A stretch of DNA of 32,000 bases from Candidatus Iainarchaeum sp. (GCA_030688545.1 JAUYHT010000006.1:180001-212000), one strand, 5' to 3'. Shown: positions 22,882 through 31,639, numbered from the stretch's first letter. Program-made: numbers and translations. Notes: generated by a model not told the origin, from the letters alone.

Positions 22882-24186
22882 ATGATTCCCCCCTCCCCAA
22901 TCGTTCCATCCACCGTCCAGCCGGGGAACCATATTCACGTGTTTTGGAAAGGGGAATGGGTGCAGGGCATCGTGCTTCCCTCCCCGGAGGGGGAAACGGA
23001 TTTTCTTCATCTCAAACTGACGAATGGGTATAACACCGGTCTCGCGTGGAAGGAAATAACGGATATGAAAATCCTCCCCACCCCCGCTCCAGTAATTAAA
23101 GAAAAGATTCCCATCCCCCCAGTACCCATTGACAAACCCATCCTTTCCCTCATCGCCGCGGGAGGCACGATTGGGAGCAAAGTGGATTACAAAACCCAGG
23201 GAGTGAGTGCGCTCATGACTCCGGAAGAATTAGTGGCGCTCATCCCTGAAATTGGGTCGTTCGCCACGTTCGGGACAATTATCTCCCCTTTTTCCAAATT
23301 GAGCGAGAACATCAATCCTTCGGATTGGATAAAACTGGCGCAGATGTGCCATGCTGAACTCATCAAGCCAGAGGTGAGGGGGGTGTTAGTTACGCATGGC
23401 ACGGATACCCTGCATTACACGGCCGCGGCCCTCTCATTCATGCTGCGTGATTTAACCAAACCCGTTGTTCTGGTGGGGTCTCAAAGGTCTTCCGACCGTG
23501 GGAGCAGTGATGCCCCCTCCAATCTCATTTGCGCCTCACGCGTGGCCTTGGGGGAAGCGGCAGAGGTGGGAATCTGCATGCATGCCACGACCTCCGATGA
23601 TTATTGTTTTTTCACCCGAGGGACGCGCGTAAGGAAAATGCACAGTTCCAGGCGCGATGCCTTCCGCCCAATCAATGATGTGCCCCTGGCCAAGGTTTTC
23701 ATGGATGGAAAAGTTGAATGGATCGGGAATTTTCAACGAAGGGATAATACCAAGACCCCTATCCTGGATGCGGTGTTTGATACGAACGTGGTGCTCATCA
23801 AGTTCGTCCCGGGAATAAGTCCCGATACCATGGATTACCACCTCTCCCGAGGGGTTAAAGGGTTTCTCATCGAAGGCACGGGATTGGGACATGTTTCAGA
23901 AGAGTGGATTCCGGCCATCCAGCGGGCAACCGACGCCGGGGTACCTGTTTTCGTGACCACGCAAACATTGTATGGGCGCGTCAACCTCAACGTGTATTCG
24001 AATGGGCGTATGATGCAGAAGGCCGGCGCCGTGGGGTTGGAGGATATGCTCCCCGAGGTGGCCTATGTGAAGTTAGGATGGGTCCTCGGCCATACTCATG
24101 AAATGGAGAAGGTGCGCGAGATGATGCACACGGATTACGCGGGGGAAACCTCTTCCTTCAGCCGCGTGGATACCTTTCTCCTCTGA
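22882..24186 (+). CDS. gatD: Glutamyl-tRNA(Gln) amidotransferase subunit D
   Basis: Asparaginase-like core with archaeal GatD signatures: HLKLTNGYNTG, HGTDTLHYTAAALSFML, GSQRSSDRGSSDAPSNL, VRKMHSSRRDAFRPIN, EGTGLGH, LPEVAYVKLGWVLG. The track start TTG 22858 is an alternative. Confidence 0.92.
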   Translation: MIPPSPIVPSTVQPGNHIHVFWKGEWVQGIVLPSPEGETDFLHLKLTNGYNTGLAWKEITDMKILPTPAPVIKEKIPIPPVPIDKPILSLIAAGGTIGSKVDYKTQGVSALMTPEELVALIPEIGSFATFGTIISPFSKLSENINPSDWIKLAQMCHAELIKPEVRGVLVTHGTDTLHYTAAALSFMLRDLTKPVVLVGSQRSSDRGSSDAPSNLICASRVALGEAAEVGICMHATTSDDYCFFTRGTRVRKMHSSRRDAFRPINDVPLAKVFMDGKVEWIGNFQRRDNTKTPILDAVFDTNVVLIKFVPGISPDTMDYHLSRGVKGFLIEGTGLGHVSEEWIPAIQRATDAGVPVFVTTQTLYGRVNLNVYSNGRMMQKAGAVGLEDMLPEVAYVKLGWVLGHTHEMEKVREMMHTDYAGETSSFSRVDTFLL

Positions 24187-24200
24187 CCTTTCCCTTGCTC

Positions 24201-24208
24201 TTTTTATA
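24201..24208 (+). promoter_or_regulatory. TATA box (tttttata)
   Basis: Centre lies ~26 nt upstream of ATG 24231. Confidence 0.5.
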
Positions 24209-24230
24209 GGCCGGATTTTTGGTGGGGTGC

Positions 24231-24902
24231 ATGGTCGATTTAGGTTCGGGGATATGGGCAGTAATAGACGCTTTCTTTGCCCTCTCCTGGGAAGATGTCT
24301 CCTTGTGGGTGTCGTACTCCTTGGCGCTGGTGGCTTATGGGGTGCTCGTCTGGCATTTTTACAGGTTTGTCGCCAAGCGTGATCTTTTTCCCAAGGACTT
24401 GACCTATTATGCCCCCGGCTGGGTGGGGGCTTTCGAGCATGTGGTCTTCGGTCTCCTGCGTTTCATGAAATATGGAATTCTCTTTCCAGTGATGACCTTC
24501 TTCTGGTTCGCCGGATTCACCTTCCTCCTTTTCTTGGTGGCCAAATTCAATACCCTGGAGGAAATTACCCTCATTGCCATCGCGCTCATTTCAGCCATCC
24601 GCATTTTGGCTTACTATAATGAAGAGCAGGCGCGGGATTTTTCCAAGCTCATCCCATTGTTGATGGTGGCCTTCTTCCTCACCGAACCCGATTTCTTCTC
24701 ATTCGATAAGCTCGGCCACCGACTCGAGGATATCCCTCTGCTTTTCGAGACCCTCCTCCAATTCGTCATCTATTTGTCCGCCCTCGAATTAGCCCTACGT
24801 ATTCTTCTCGATATCAAATGGTTGTTCTTTGGAAAAAATCCAGATGAGCTGGCCCAAGACGCCACTGGAAACACCTCGAATCGTACCCAACTGAAGAAAT
24901 AA
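24231..24902 (+). CDS. Integral membrane protein, unknown function
   Basis: About 6 hydrophobic segments. ATG 24231 is preferred to the track's TTG 24219. Confidence 0.55.
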   Translation: MVDLGSGIWAVIDAFFALSWEDVSLWVSYSLALVAYGVLVWHFYRFVAKRDLFPKDLTYYAPGWVGAFEHVVFGLLRFMKYGILFPVMTFFWFAGFTFLLFLVAKFNTLEEITLIAIALISAIRILAYYNEEQARDFSKLIPLLMVAFFLTEPDFFSFDKLGHRLEDIPLLFETLLQFVIYLSALELALRILLDIKWLFFGKNPDELAQDATGNTSNRTQLKK

Positions 24903-24915
24903 CTTTACTATTTTA

Positions 24916-24935
24916 GAAAAAAGATCAATTTTTTC
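24916..24935. terminator. Hairpin GAAAAAA-GATCAA-TTTTTTC with T6 run
   Basis: Lies 14 nt after the stop at 24902, within a T/A-rich tract. Confidence 0.35.
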
Positions 24936-24978
24936 AAAAAAAAGGTTCGTTTTCTCAAAAGAAGGAATGGGGAGAATC

Positions 24979-24986
24979 TTTTTATC
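24979..24986 (+). promoter_or_regulatory. TATA box (tttttatc)
   Basis: Centre lies ~28 nt upstream of ATG 25011. Confidence 0.4.
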
Positions 24987-25010
24987 TTCCATAAAAGGGA
25001 TTTGGGAATT

Positions 25011-26093
25011 ATGATTATTTCCATTGAAAACCCGAAGACCCTGGCCCTCGTTCTCCTCCTGGTGGGGGGAGTCATTGCATTCATCCTCTTATCCAACCCC
25101 CTCAACCTGCCTTATTCCCTCCCGGTTTCATTGGATTCCCCCTACCCCAAAGCCCCTGAACTGCAGGGGATTGCGGGCACGATCAATGCTCCGGATGGAT
25201 TTTCCCTGGCCGATGTGGAAGGGAAGGTTATTCTCGTTGATTTTTGGACCTACTCCTGCATCAATTGTATTCGCACGCAACCCTATCTGAATGCCTGGCA
25301 TGAAAAATATGCCGATAGGGGGTTGGCCATCGTGGGAGTGCATACCCCCGAATTTGCATTCGAGGAAAAGTATGCCAATGTGCTGGCCGCGGTGGAGAAA
25401 GCCGGCATCATGTACCCGGTGGTGCTGGATAATGATTATTCTACGTGGCGCGCGTATGGCAATCACTATTGGCCCCGCAAGTATCTGATCGACGCTCAAG
25501 GATTCATCCGCTACGACCACATTGGAGAAGGGGGATATGCGGAGACGGAAGCCATGATCCAGAGTTTGTTGGCCGAACGCGATGCCCAGCCCTTTTTAGA
25601 GGAAAGCCTATCATCCGAAATAGGAGTCAATAATCCCGATTTCGCCCGCATCAGGACGCCCGAGCTCTACCTCGGGTATGCCTTCGCACGCACCCCTTTG
25701 GGGAATCCTGAAGGTTTTTCGCCCGAGCAGATTATTTCCTATTCCTTCCCTGATCCCTTGGTTTTCACTCCCAACATCGTGTATTTGGAAGGGGAATGGA
25801 AAAATGAATTGGATCATGTAACCCTTGTTTCTTCCACTGGAAAAATAGGCTTGCGGTTCACTGCCAAGCACGTGAACATCGTCGCGGGCGCAGGGGAGAA
25901 TGAGAGTGTGCTCACGGTTGTTTTGTCGGCTCCCCCTGTCCAAAATGGTGGCGATACAAGTATTACGGAAAGGATACTCGTGAAAGAGGAGAAACTCTAT
26001 CCCCTCATTTCCCTCTCGGATTATGGGGAGCAGGAAGTGATTATTGAAGTGGCGGGAGTTGGATTTCAACTCTACACCTTTACCTTTGGGTAA
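25011..26093 (+). CDS. Membrane-anchored thioredoxin-like (redoxin) protein with C-terminal beta-rich domain, like the DipZ C-terminal region
   Basis: N-terminal TM, then VILVDFWTYSCINCIRTQPYL..IVGVHTPEFAFE..WPRKYLID (a CxxC thioredoxin fold), followed by a ~150-aa extension. Confidence 0.8.
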   Translation: MIISIENPKTLALVLLLVGGVIAFILLSNPLNLPYSLPVSLDSPYPKAPELQGIAGTINAPDGFSLADVEGKVILVDFWTYSCINCIRTQPYLNAWHEKYADRGLAIVGVHTPEFAFEEKYANVLAAVEKAGIMYPVVLDNDYSTWRAYGNHYWPRKYLIDAQGFIRYDHIGEGGYAETEAMIQSLLAERDAQPFLEESLSSEIGVNNPDFARIRTPELYLGYAFARTPLGNPEGFSPEQIISYSFPDPLVFTPNIVYLEGEWKNELDHVTLVSSTGKIGLRFTAKHVNIVAGAGENESVLTVVLSAPPVQNGGDTSITERILVKEEKLYPLISLSDYGEQEVIIEVAGVGFQLYTFTFG

Positions 26094-26133
26094 ATACCCT
26101 TACTTTTGGGTATAGGGTTTTAGGGTCGGCTAT

Positions 26134-26853
26134 ATGAATGAAGTCATGATGACCATCCATCGGGCCCAAGACCATTATTCAGATCAGAATTCCTGGTTGA
26201 CTACCCGCTGGCATTTCTCCTTTGGGCATTATGTCGATGAGGCCAACATGAATTGGGGCCCCCTGCGCGTGTTCAATGATGACGAGATCGCCCCCCACTC
26301 GGGATTCCCCTTGCACGCCCACGCCGACATGGAGATCGTGACTTACATTCTGGAAGGAGAACTATCCCATGAGGATGACCTGGGAAACATAGGCACGTTA
26401 ACCTACCCCGAGGTCCAGCGCATGAGCGCGGGCACCGGGATCCGGCATGCCGAATTTAACCCTACGAATGCCCCTCTCAAACTGTTCCAGATGTGGGTGC
26501 TTCCCTCCCAATTGGGATTACCCCCCTCCTGGGAGCAAAAAGGGTTTCCGGATGAAGGGATGAAAAAGAACCAATGGGCCTTAATCTGTTCCCCGGACGG
26601 AAGAAAGGGCTCCCTGACCATCCACCAGGACGCCTATTTGTATGCCACCCGGCTGGGAAAAGGGAATACCTTATCCTATTCATTCAGGTCCCCCTCCCGC
26701 TTGGCCTATATTGTCATAGCGGAAGGAAAAATAGACGTGGAAAAACAAACTCTTTTTCCGCGCGACGCGGCCCGTGTCAAAGGGGTGAATGAACTTGTTT
26801 TCACCGCGACCACGGACGCCCATTTTTTGTTATGGGATCTCCCTGGAAATTGA
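26134..26853 (+). CDS. Pirin-family cupin protein
   Basis: ..GFPLHAHADMEIVTYILEGELSHEDDLGN..VQRMSAGTGIRHAEFN.. is a bicupin with the metal-ligand His pattern. Confidence 0.88.
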   Translation: MNEVMMTIHRAQDHYSDQNSWLTTRWHFSFGHYVDEANMNWGPLRVFNDDEIAPHSGFPLHAHADMEIVTYILEGELSHEDDLGNIGTLTYPEVQRMSAGTGIRHAEFNPTNAPLKLFQMWVLPSQLGLPPSWEQKGFPDEGMKKNQWALICSPDGRKGSLTIHQDAYLYATRLGKGNTLSYSFRSPSRLAYIVIAEGKIDVEKQTLFPRDAARVKGVNELVFTATTDAHFLLWDLPGN

Positions 26854-26921
26854 AAAAAAAGAAGTTTATCTGGTCAGGAAGTGGGGGTCCAACGGATTTA
26901 GGGTACGGCTCTGAGAATACG

Positions 26922-27659
26922 TTAAATCGAAAGGTGAATTTTCCCTAGCCCTACCAGAATCCCCAGCAATAGGGGTTGGTGGATGAAATAGATGACCAGG
27001 GAGTTTCTCCCGATCCAACCCAAGAGTCGCGTAATTGGAGTTCCGTGCGATTGCCCCAACCAAGGATATACAGGATGTCCTCTGGGAAACAAGCGGTGCG
27101 ACGCATACATTCCCAGAAGGAAGACCCCGAACCAAGGGAATAGGGGGAAATAGTCAAATGTGAGGAAAGGAAAGGGGATGATTCCGATGAGGGGGGGCAA
27201 TATCCCATACAATGGGTTCGTGGAGAGGAGAATCCCACCCCCCAGGAAGAAGAGTCCGGCCACCAGGCTCCCCGTTTTTTGTGTCAGGAATGGAATCCCC
27301 AAAATCAAGGCGCTTCCGATGAGGTGGAGCACGCCGAACCATACCGTATATGTGGGAAACACCAACCAAGTGACTAGCGTGATGACCATCCCCAAACCCA
27401 ATATGGCTAATCCCCGTTTGAATAAAGAAGAAAATCCCATTCCTCGGCGATGGGCATACAGCACCATGGACCCCCCCGCCAAACCGACGAACATCGCGGC
27501 CGCTCCACGGGCCAGAATAAACCAAAAGGGTTCATTCAGATCCACGATGGGTTCCACCAAAAAATTCCAGTCGAAGAGGAAATGATACCCCACCATAAGG
27601 AGGATACCCACTCCCCGCAGGGCATCCAGGAGGATAAATCGCGGGCGTTTCCCTTCCAT
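26922..27659 (-). CDS. DUF1624 / heparan-alpha-glucosaminide N-acetyltransferase-like membrane acyltransferase
   Basis: N-terminal signature RFILLDALRGVGILLMVGYHF, followed by ~8 TM helices. Confidence 0.78.
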   Translation of the reverse strand: MEGKRPRFILLDALRGVGILLMVGYHFLFDWNFLVEPIVDLNEPFWFILARGAAAMFVGLAGGSMVLYAHRRGMGFSSLFKRGLAILGLGMVITLVTWLVFPTYTVWFGVLHLIGSALILGIPFLTQKTGSLVAGLFFLGGGILLSTNPLYGILPPLIGIIPFPFLTFDYFPLFPWFGVFLLGMYASHRLFPRGHPVYPWLGQSHGTPITRLLGWIGRNSLVIYFIHQPLLLGILVGLGKIHLSI

Positions 27660-27959
27660 GACTGGAGAAATAATTTCCTCTTCCTAAAAGGACAATGGTC
27701 GGGAGTGGAGGAAAAATAGGGATTTAATATCCGGGGATCAAAGAACCCCTCCTCGTCAAAGCGCGAATAGTTTTTTTTATCATGGTAGAATTCTTTCCCG
27801 TATAAGTCGCCAGGGGGAGTATCGCGGAGTATTGGATGGCTTCCCAAAAAAAAGCCCAAAAGGGGTTGAAAAAGCTTTACGTTCAGGCATATAATGAATG
27901 CTTATTTACTTCTTCGTGCACATTTCTCCTATTAAAAAAACAAAAACGAGGTGATCGGT

Positions 27960-28163
27960 ATGGCAGTTAATGAGCACGGGCGGAATGTTCTTGACAAGGA
28001 CCTCGAGAACGACCTGAAAGCGCACATCCATATGGCGAAAGAATATGCGCGTGAGCAGGATATGCGTTTCAAGTCGGCGGTGGGGGCCCACCCCTATGCA
28101 TTCGTAGCGGGGGCATTTGTCGGGGGCATGCTGGTGGGCGCATTAATGTCCAAGAAGGGGTAA
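27960..28163 (+). CDS. C-tail-anchored small protein, DUF883 (YqjD/ElaB)-like
   Basis: A 67-aa helical N-terminus is followed by ..HPYAFVAGAFVGGMLVGALMSKKG. GAGGTGA lies 6 nt upstream of ATG 27960. Paralog of 31403-31639. Confidence 0.6.
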   Translation: MAVNEHGRNVLDKDLENDLKAHIHMAKEYAREQDMRFKSAVGAHPYAFVAGAFVGGMLVGALMSKKG

Positions 28164-28166
28164 GGG

Positions 28167-28490
28167 ATGCGGATAACCCCCATCATTTCCCAATTCCTGA
28201 AAGGACTTAAAAGTGCCTTCATCGCGGCAGCGGGACTGCGGACCTCCTTTTCAGAGGCCATCGCGGATGGAATTTCCACCGGGTGGGACCGCGTGTCCCC
28301 TCGCCTCATGAAGCAAGTGATTATCGGGGCAGTCCTCGTCACCGGGGTCGTATGGCTGGGCTTCGGTCTCGGAAAGCTGGTTGAATCCCTCCTATGGAAC
28401 ACCCCTGGTTTGGGACATATCCTGGTTGGATTGGTATTCCTCCTGGGGGGAGGGTGGTATTTGGCCACCCAGCCGACCGGGGTAAAGTAA
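28167..28490 (+). CDS. Two-TM small membrane protein, YqjE/'holin-X' (PF07332-like)
   Basis: Starts 3 nt after the previous stop. Two hydrophobic hairpin helices are present (..VIIGAVLVTGVVWLGFGL.. and ..GHILVGLVFLLGGGWYL..). Paralog of 31088-31399. Confidence 0.55.
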   Translation: MRITPIISQFLKGLKSAFIAAAGLRTSFSEAIADGISTGWDRVSPRLMKQVIIGAVLVTGVVWLGFGLGKLVESLLWNTPGLGHILVGLVFLLGGGWYLATQPTGVK

Positions 28491-28495
28491 GCGAG

Positions 28496-29263
28496 ATGGT
28501 AAGAGAGAAAAATTCCGACGGTGACCCCTTGATCCCATTATGGTTTATTGGGAGTTTTTTCATCATTTTATTGGCTTTTTCGACTGGGGCTTGGGCACAA
28601 TCAGAAGAGAACATGGTGTCCATTCCCCCCACGCAGGGGTGTGGTGTTGTTTATGGCGATACGCCTTTAACAATCACGAGTGGATGGCATATTCCCATGT
28701 TCGGGGGAAAAATGGGGGGAATTATTTCATTCGATTCCGATAGAAACAAAGGGATTTTACTCCTCAAGTCGCCCGCCCCCTCATTAGGTCACGATGGTCG
28801 GGCATTCTGTCCCCAGCTAATGGATCAATACGTAGAACACCTGCGCGTGGAAGCCCATATCCAGATGGATGAATCAGAATGGGGGTCGCGCCTATTTTTC
28901 GATTTCAAGGATGGATTCAATTTTTCGGCCGTATACCTGAGTTCACTATTTCAGAAGGTGGGTATTGAATACTGGGAGAATAATACCCACCACTATTTCG
29001 AATCCCCTTACTCTATACAGGAAGGGATACTCTATCCTGTGACCTATGAAGTGGATGGGAATATAGTTACACTCATAATGGATTACAATACGGTGATGCG
29101 TTTCCAAATCCCCTCCCGACGGGTGGGAAGCCTTGGCATCGAAACCTATCGGGGAAAAACCCACATACGAGATTTCAAGGTTTGGATAAACCAACCCCCT
29201 TTCATGCATTTGGGGTGCCGCGTGGTGCCTGGGGTTTTCTTTTCCAGGATGGGGGAAAAATAG
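28496..29263 (+). CDS. Signal-anchored secreted protein, beta-rich, unknown family
   Basis: ATG 28496 gives MVREKNSDGDPLIPLWFIGSFFIILLAFSTGAWAQ, a signal peptide with an AWA-Q site. The track's upstream start overlaps the previous gene. Confidence 0.6.
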   Translation: MVREKNSDGDPLIPLWFIGSFFIILLAFSTGAWAQSEENMVSIPPTQGCGVVYGDTPLTITSGWHIPMFGGKMGGIISFDSDRNKGILLLKSPAPSLGHDGRAFCPQLMDQYVEHLRVEAHIQMDESEWGSRLFFDFKDGFNFSAVYLSSLFQKVGIEYWENNTHHYFESPYSIQEGILYPVTYEVDGNIVTLIMDYNTVMRFQIPSRRVGSLGIETYRGKTHIRDFKVWINQPPFMHLGCRVVPGVFFSRMGEK

Positions 29264-29289
29264 GTTTCGTCGAAGAGGAAAAGAATGGG

Positions 29290-29307
29290 GCGTGCGTCGA
29301 GGCACGC
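29290..29307. terminator. GC hairpin GCGTGC-GTCGAG-GCACGC between convergent genes
   Basis: Perfect 6-bp stem. An A/T-rich tract follows it. Confidence 0.3.
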
Positions 29308-29339
29308 GAGCCATTCGAAAAAATATTATTTCCAAGTTC

Positions 29340-29714
29340 TTATATTTGCACAATTGTCTTGAAACCGCCGAAGGCAAACCGTCTCATGTCCATGACATCG
29401 TTCATTTTTTCCATGTCTTTTTTGGTCATTTGTTTCTTCATTTCCTTCATGACGACTTTGTTCACGTCATCTCGGTGTTTCCGGGACTTGTACACGATGA
29501 ACGAGAAAACCACCGTTTCGTTATTCTTCAGACGGGCCAATTTCTTGAAACCTTGCCCCATTCCTTTCCTGACACGCAGGTCTTCACCCACACACTCATA
29601 ATAATCCAGTGCCCCATGCTTTTTCCACATTTTCTTTCCCATCGTGGCCATCTTCTTATAGGCCGATATTTTGTCTTTCCGAATAGGGATCACAAATCCA
29701 TCCACGTATGTCAT
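29340..29714 (-). CDS. DUF1428 family protein (YbaA-like)
   Basis: MTYVDGFVIPIRKDKISAYKKMA..HGALDYYECVGEDL..ETVVFSFIVYKSRKHRDDVN..FGGFKTIV is collinear with the E. coli YbaA pattern. Confidence 0.85.
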   Translation of the reverse strand: MTYVDGFVIPIRKDKISAYKKMATMGKKMWKKHGALDYYECVGEDLRVRKGMGQGFKKLARLKNNETVVFSFIVYKSRKHRDDVNKVVMKEMKKQMTKKDMEKMNDVMDMRRFAFGGFKTIVQI

Positions 29715-29876
29715 GAACCAATACCTCCTTCCGATGAAATAAACTTTTAGCCAATCCGCCCTTTTTATTTCAACCCTCCTTTAGGGTCCATCCCTATCCT
29801 CGAAGCTTCTTTCGTACGTCCACGCGTGATCTTAGGCCGAGCGTGATTCGTTTTCTCCAACTCCCCCTCAAATTAA

Positions 29877-30380
29877 TCAAGTAAAACCAGGTAATATCCC
29901 AAAAAATATAAGACCAAAGAATAGTATTGCATTTTTGATAATCTCTAATAAAATGGTTCCAATTACAATAATTAATATGATCAGGTTATTCCATATCCCC
30001 TTTTTCATCCATCGATTGGTCTTGATTTTGGCCACTATAAAACCGCCCGCAATCGAGAAAAGTGTTAGAATGATAAAAATAACGGGCCAAAACCATTCGA
30101 CCTTTTTATCGGTACCAAAAATTAGACCAATACGATATCCAATAAAAATCATCCATAATAATAGAATGATCAGAAATAGCGGAATAATATTCTCACCAAT
30201 AGGGGGATGATAATCAGAATCAGACTGCTCCCAAGAAGGATTCGTCCAATTCTCCCAAAAAAAGAATCCATACAATAAAAGAAAGAGAATAGAGAGAATA
30301 ATTAATGCAAAGATCGCGCTTCTTAGTGGGGGTTGACCAAGCCAATTTTCGCCGATAAGAAAACGTTTCAGACCAGTCAC
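29877..30380 (-). CDS. Four-TM membrane protein in AT-rich islet, unknown function
   Basis: GTG start with AAGGTGA 4 nt upstream. Composition is Ile/Leu/Phe-rich, and sampled 60-nt rows are ~28-33% G+C. Confidence 0.5.
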   Translation of the reverse strand: MTGLKRFLIGENWLGQPPLRSAIFALIILSILFLLLYGFFFWENWTNPSWEQSDSDYHPPIGENIIPLFLIILLLWMIFIGYRIGLIFGTDKKVEWFWPVIFIILTLFSIAGGFIVAKIKTNRWMKKGIWNNLIILIIVIGTILLEIIKNAILFFGLIFFGILPGFT

Positions 30381-30852
30381 TCTTTCACCTTTATCGAGAA
30401 GTTGTTAGTAGAATAAAAACTATACTCCCATCTGTAAGGCAAATGATCCCAGGGTCGAGTCTGTGGAATAGAATTAATCCCGCCTCCCGAACTTGCTACC
30501 GCAGTACTTCCATTTTTTACCCGATAGCCCCCGGTAGGCTAAAAATGTTTACTGGCAATTCTATCCAAAAATACGGCACCACGAAAGCAAATAATTGCAA
30601 GTATAAAATATACACTACTCTATACCCTTTGTCAGATCCAGAAGCAACAAACAGAAAAACAAGCGCAAGCAAAAAAAGTACTATTTTGACTATTCTATTT
30701 TCAAGAAATCCTAAAAATCCAATGAGAATAGTAAAGATATTAGATTTAAATATTTATATTGGGTAAAGTGCTTTATCGAAGCCAGTACGGCCCATTCAAA
30801 GCGTATGTTTGGATGTGGCATCGTTTCAAATTTATTGCCACCTTTTTAATTT

Positions 30853-31032
30853 TTAATTTTTTTCGATTGCAAAGTATTCTTTTTTCTTCAGTTTTTCAGG
30901 TTCAATTCGAACTTTGAAAAATTTTATCATTTTTCTTATTGTCAATTCTTTGGTTGGCAGCGCGTGGGCTACTTTGAATATTTCAACTATTCTGTCTTCG
31001 TCGTTGGATAAATCGATTTGTATCTTGACCAT
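30853..31032 (-). CDS. 59-aa ribbon-helix-helix-like protein (DUF2683-like)
   Basis: Below the track cutoff. Own translation: MVKIQIDLSNDEDRIVEIFKVAHALPTKELTIRKMIKFFKVRIEPEKLKKKEYFAIEKN. The strand-helix-helix pattern resembles archaeal DUF2683/CopG-type proteins. Confidence 0.45.
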   Translation of the reverse strand: MVKIQIDLSNDEDRIVEIFKVAHALPTKELTIRKMIKFFKVRIEPEKLKKKEYFAIEKN

Positions 31033-31087
31033 GATTTACCTTGGTATCCGCTCAATACTTTATTAAAATTAAAAATGCATTTTCTCA

Positions 31088-31399
31088 TTATTTTTGCAAA
31101 TTCAAATATAGGTATCCGCTCGCCACAAAAAAGAAACCTATAACTATAAATCCAATCCCGGGGGTCGCGATCAGTGGTTCGAGCCAGGTGGCTAATCCAA
31201 ACCCCACCAAAAGAATTCCCGTTAGAAGGACGGCACCCACTATCATGTTTTTCAAGAGTAGAGGCATCGACCGTGCGATTCCGACTTCTATGCCATCCGA
31301 AATAGAGGAAGAAATAGCTCCCTTTACCGTTTCCGCACGAAGGAGGATGATACTCCCCAGTCCTTTGATGATGGCTCCAATGCTACTCGACAAGCTCAC
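31088..31399 (-). CDS. YqjE/'holin-X'-like two-TM protein, paralog of 28167-28490
   Basis: GTG start 3 nt after the upstream stop, the same spacing as in the other cassette. ..MIVGAVLLTGILLVGFGL..GIGFIVIGFFFVASGYLYL.. aligns with the paralog. Confidence 0.55.
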   Translation of the reverse strand: MSLSSSIGAIIKGLGSIILLRAETVKGAISSSISDGIEVGIARSMPLLLKNMIVGAVLLTGILLVGFGLATWLEPLIATPGIGFIVIGFFFVASGYLYLNLQK

Positions 31400-31402
31400 C
31401 GT

Positions 31403-31639
31403 TTATCCCTTCTTCGAGATGAGCGCCCCGATTAACAAGCCGCCAAGAAATGCTCCAATGACAAATTCAAAGGGACGTTCGCTCACAGCATGTTCAACCA
31501 TGGATTGCTTCTTCTTCACGTATGTGTGCGCGCCATGAACATTTGCATTAATCTGCTTGCGCGCATCATCTAAATTTGAATTAATTTGCTCCTCGAAATG
31601 TTTATCGAGAATACGTCCTTCCACCATTTTTGTAGTCAT
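31403..31639 (-). CDS. DUF883 (YqjD/ElaB)-like C-tail-anchored protein, paralog of 27960-28163
   Basis: ..RPFEFVIGAFLGGLLIGALISKKG compares with ..HPYAFVAGAFVGGMLVGALMSKKG. Both genes have AAAACGAGGT upstream. Confidence 0.6.
   Translation of the reverse strand: MTTKMVEGRILDKHFEEQINSNLDDARKQINANVHGAHTYVKKKQSMVEHAVSERPFEFVIGAFLGGLLIGALISKKG

Noticed and set aside
27536-27859. 107-aa minus-strand ORF upstream of and overlapping the DUF1624 gene
   Set aside because: It overlaps the DUF1624 N-terminus in another frame. The DUF1624 start at 27659 gives the canonical family N-terminus. The non-overlapping part has no recognisable features.
30443-30766. 107-aa plus-strand ORF in the AT-rich islet, and a minus-strand TM-like frame (about 30530-30760)
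   Set aside because: The plus-strand ORF is low-complexity (Lys/Thr/Ile/Asn) with no promoter or SD. The minus-strand frame (..IVLFLLALVFLFVASGSDKGYRVVYILYLQLFAFVVPYFWIEL..) looks membrane-like but has no ATG and only a weak internal TTG. It is left unannotated and flagged in the islet finding.
31043-31121. 11-nt direct repeat GGTATCCGCTC as a target-site duplication of the AT-rich islet
   Set aside because: Both copies are at the right-hand border only, 68 nt apart, and one lies inside the YqjE-like coding sequence. No matching copy was found at the left border (29715-29880).
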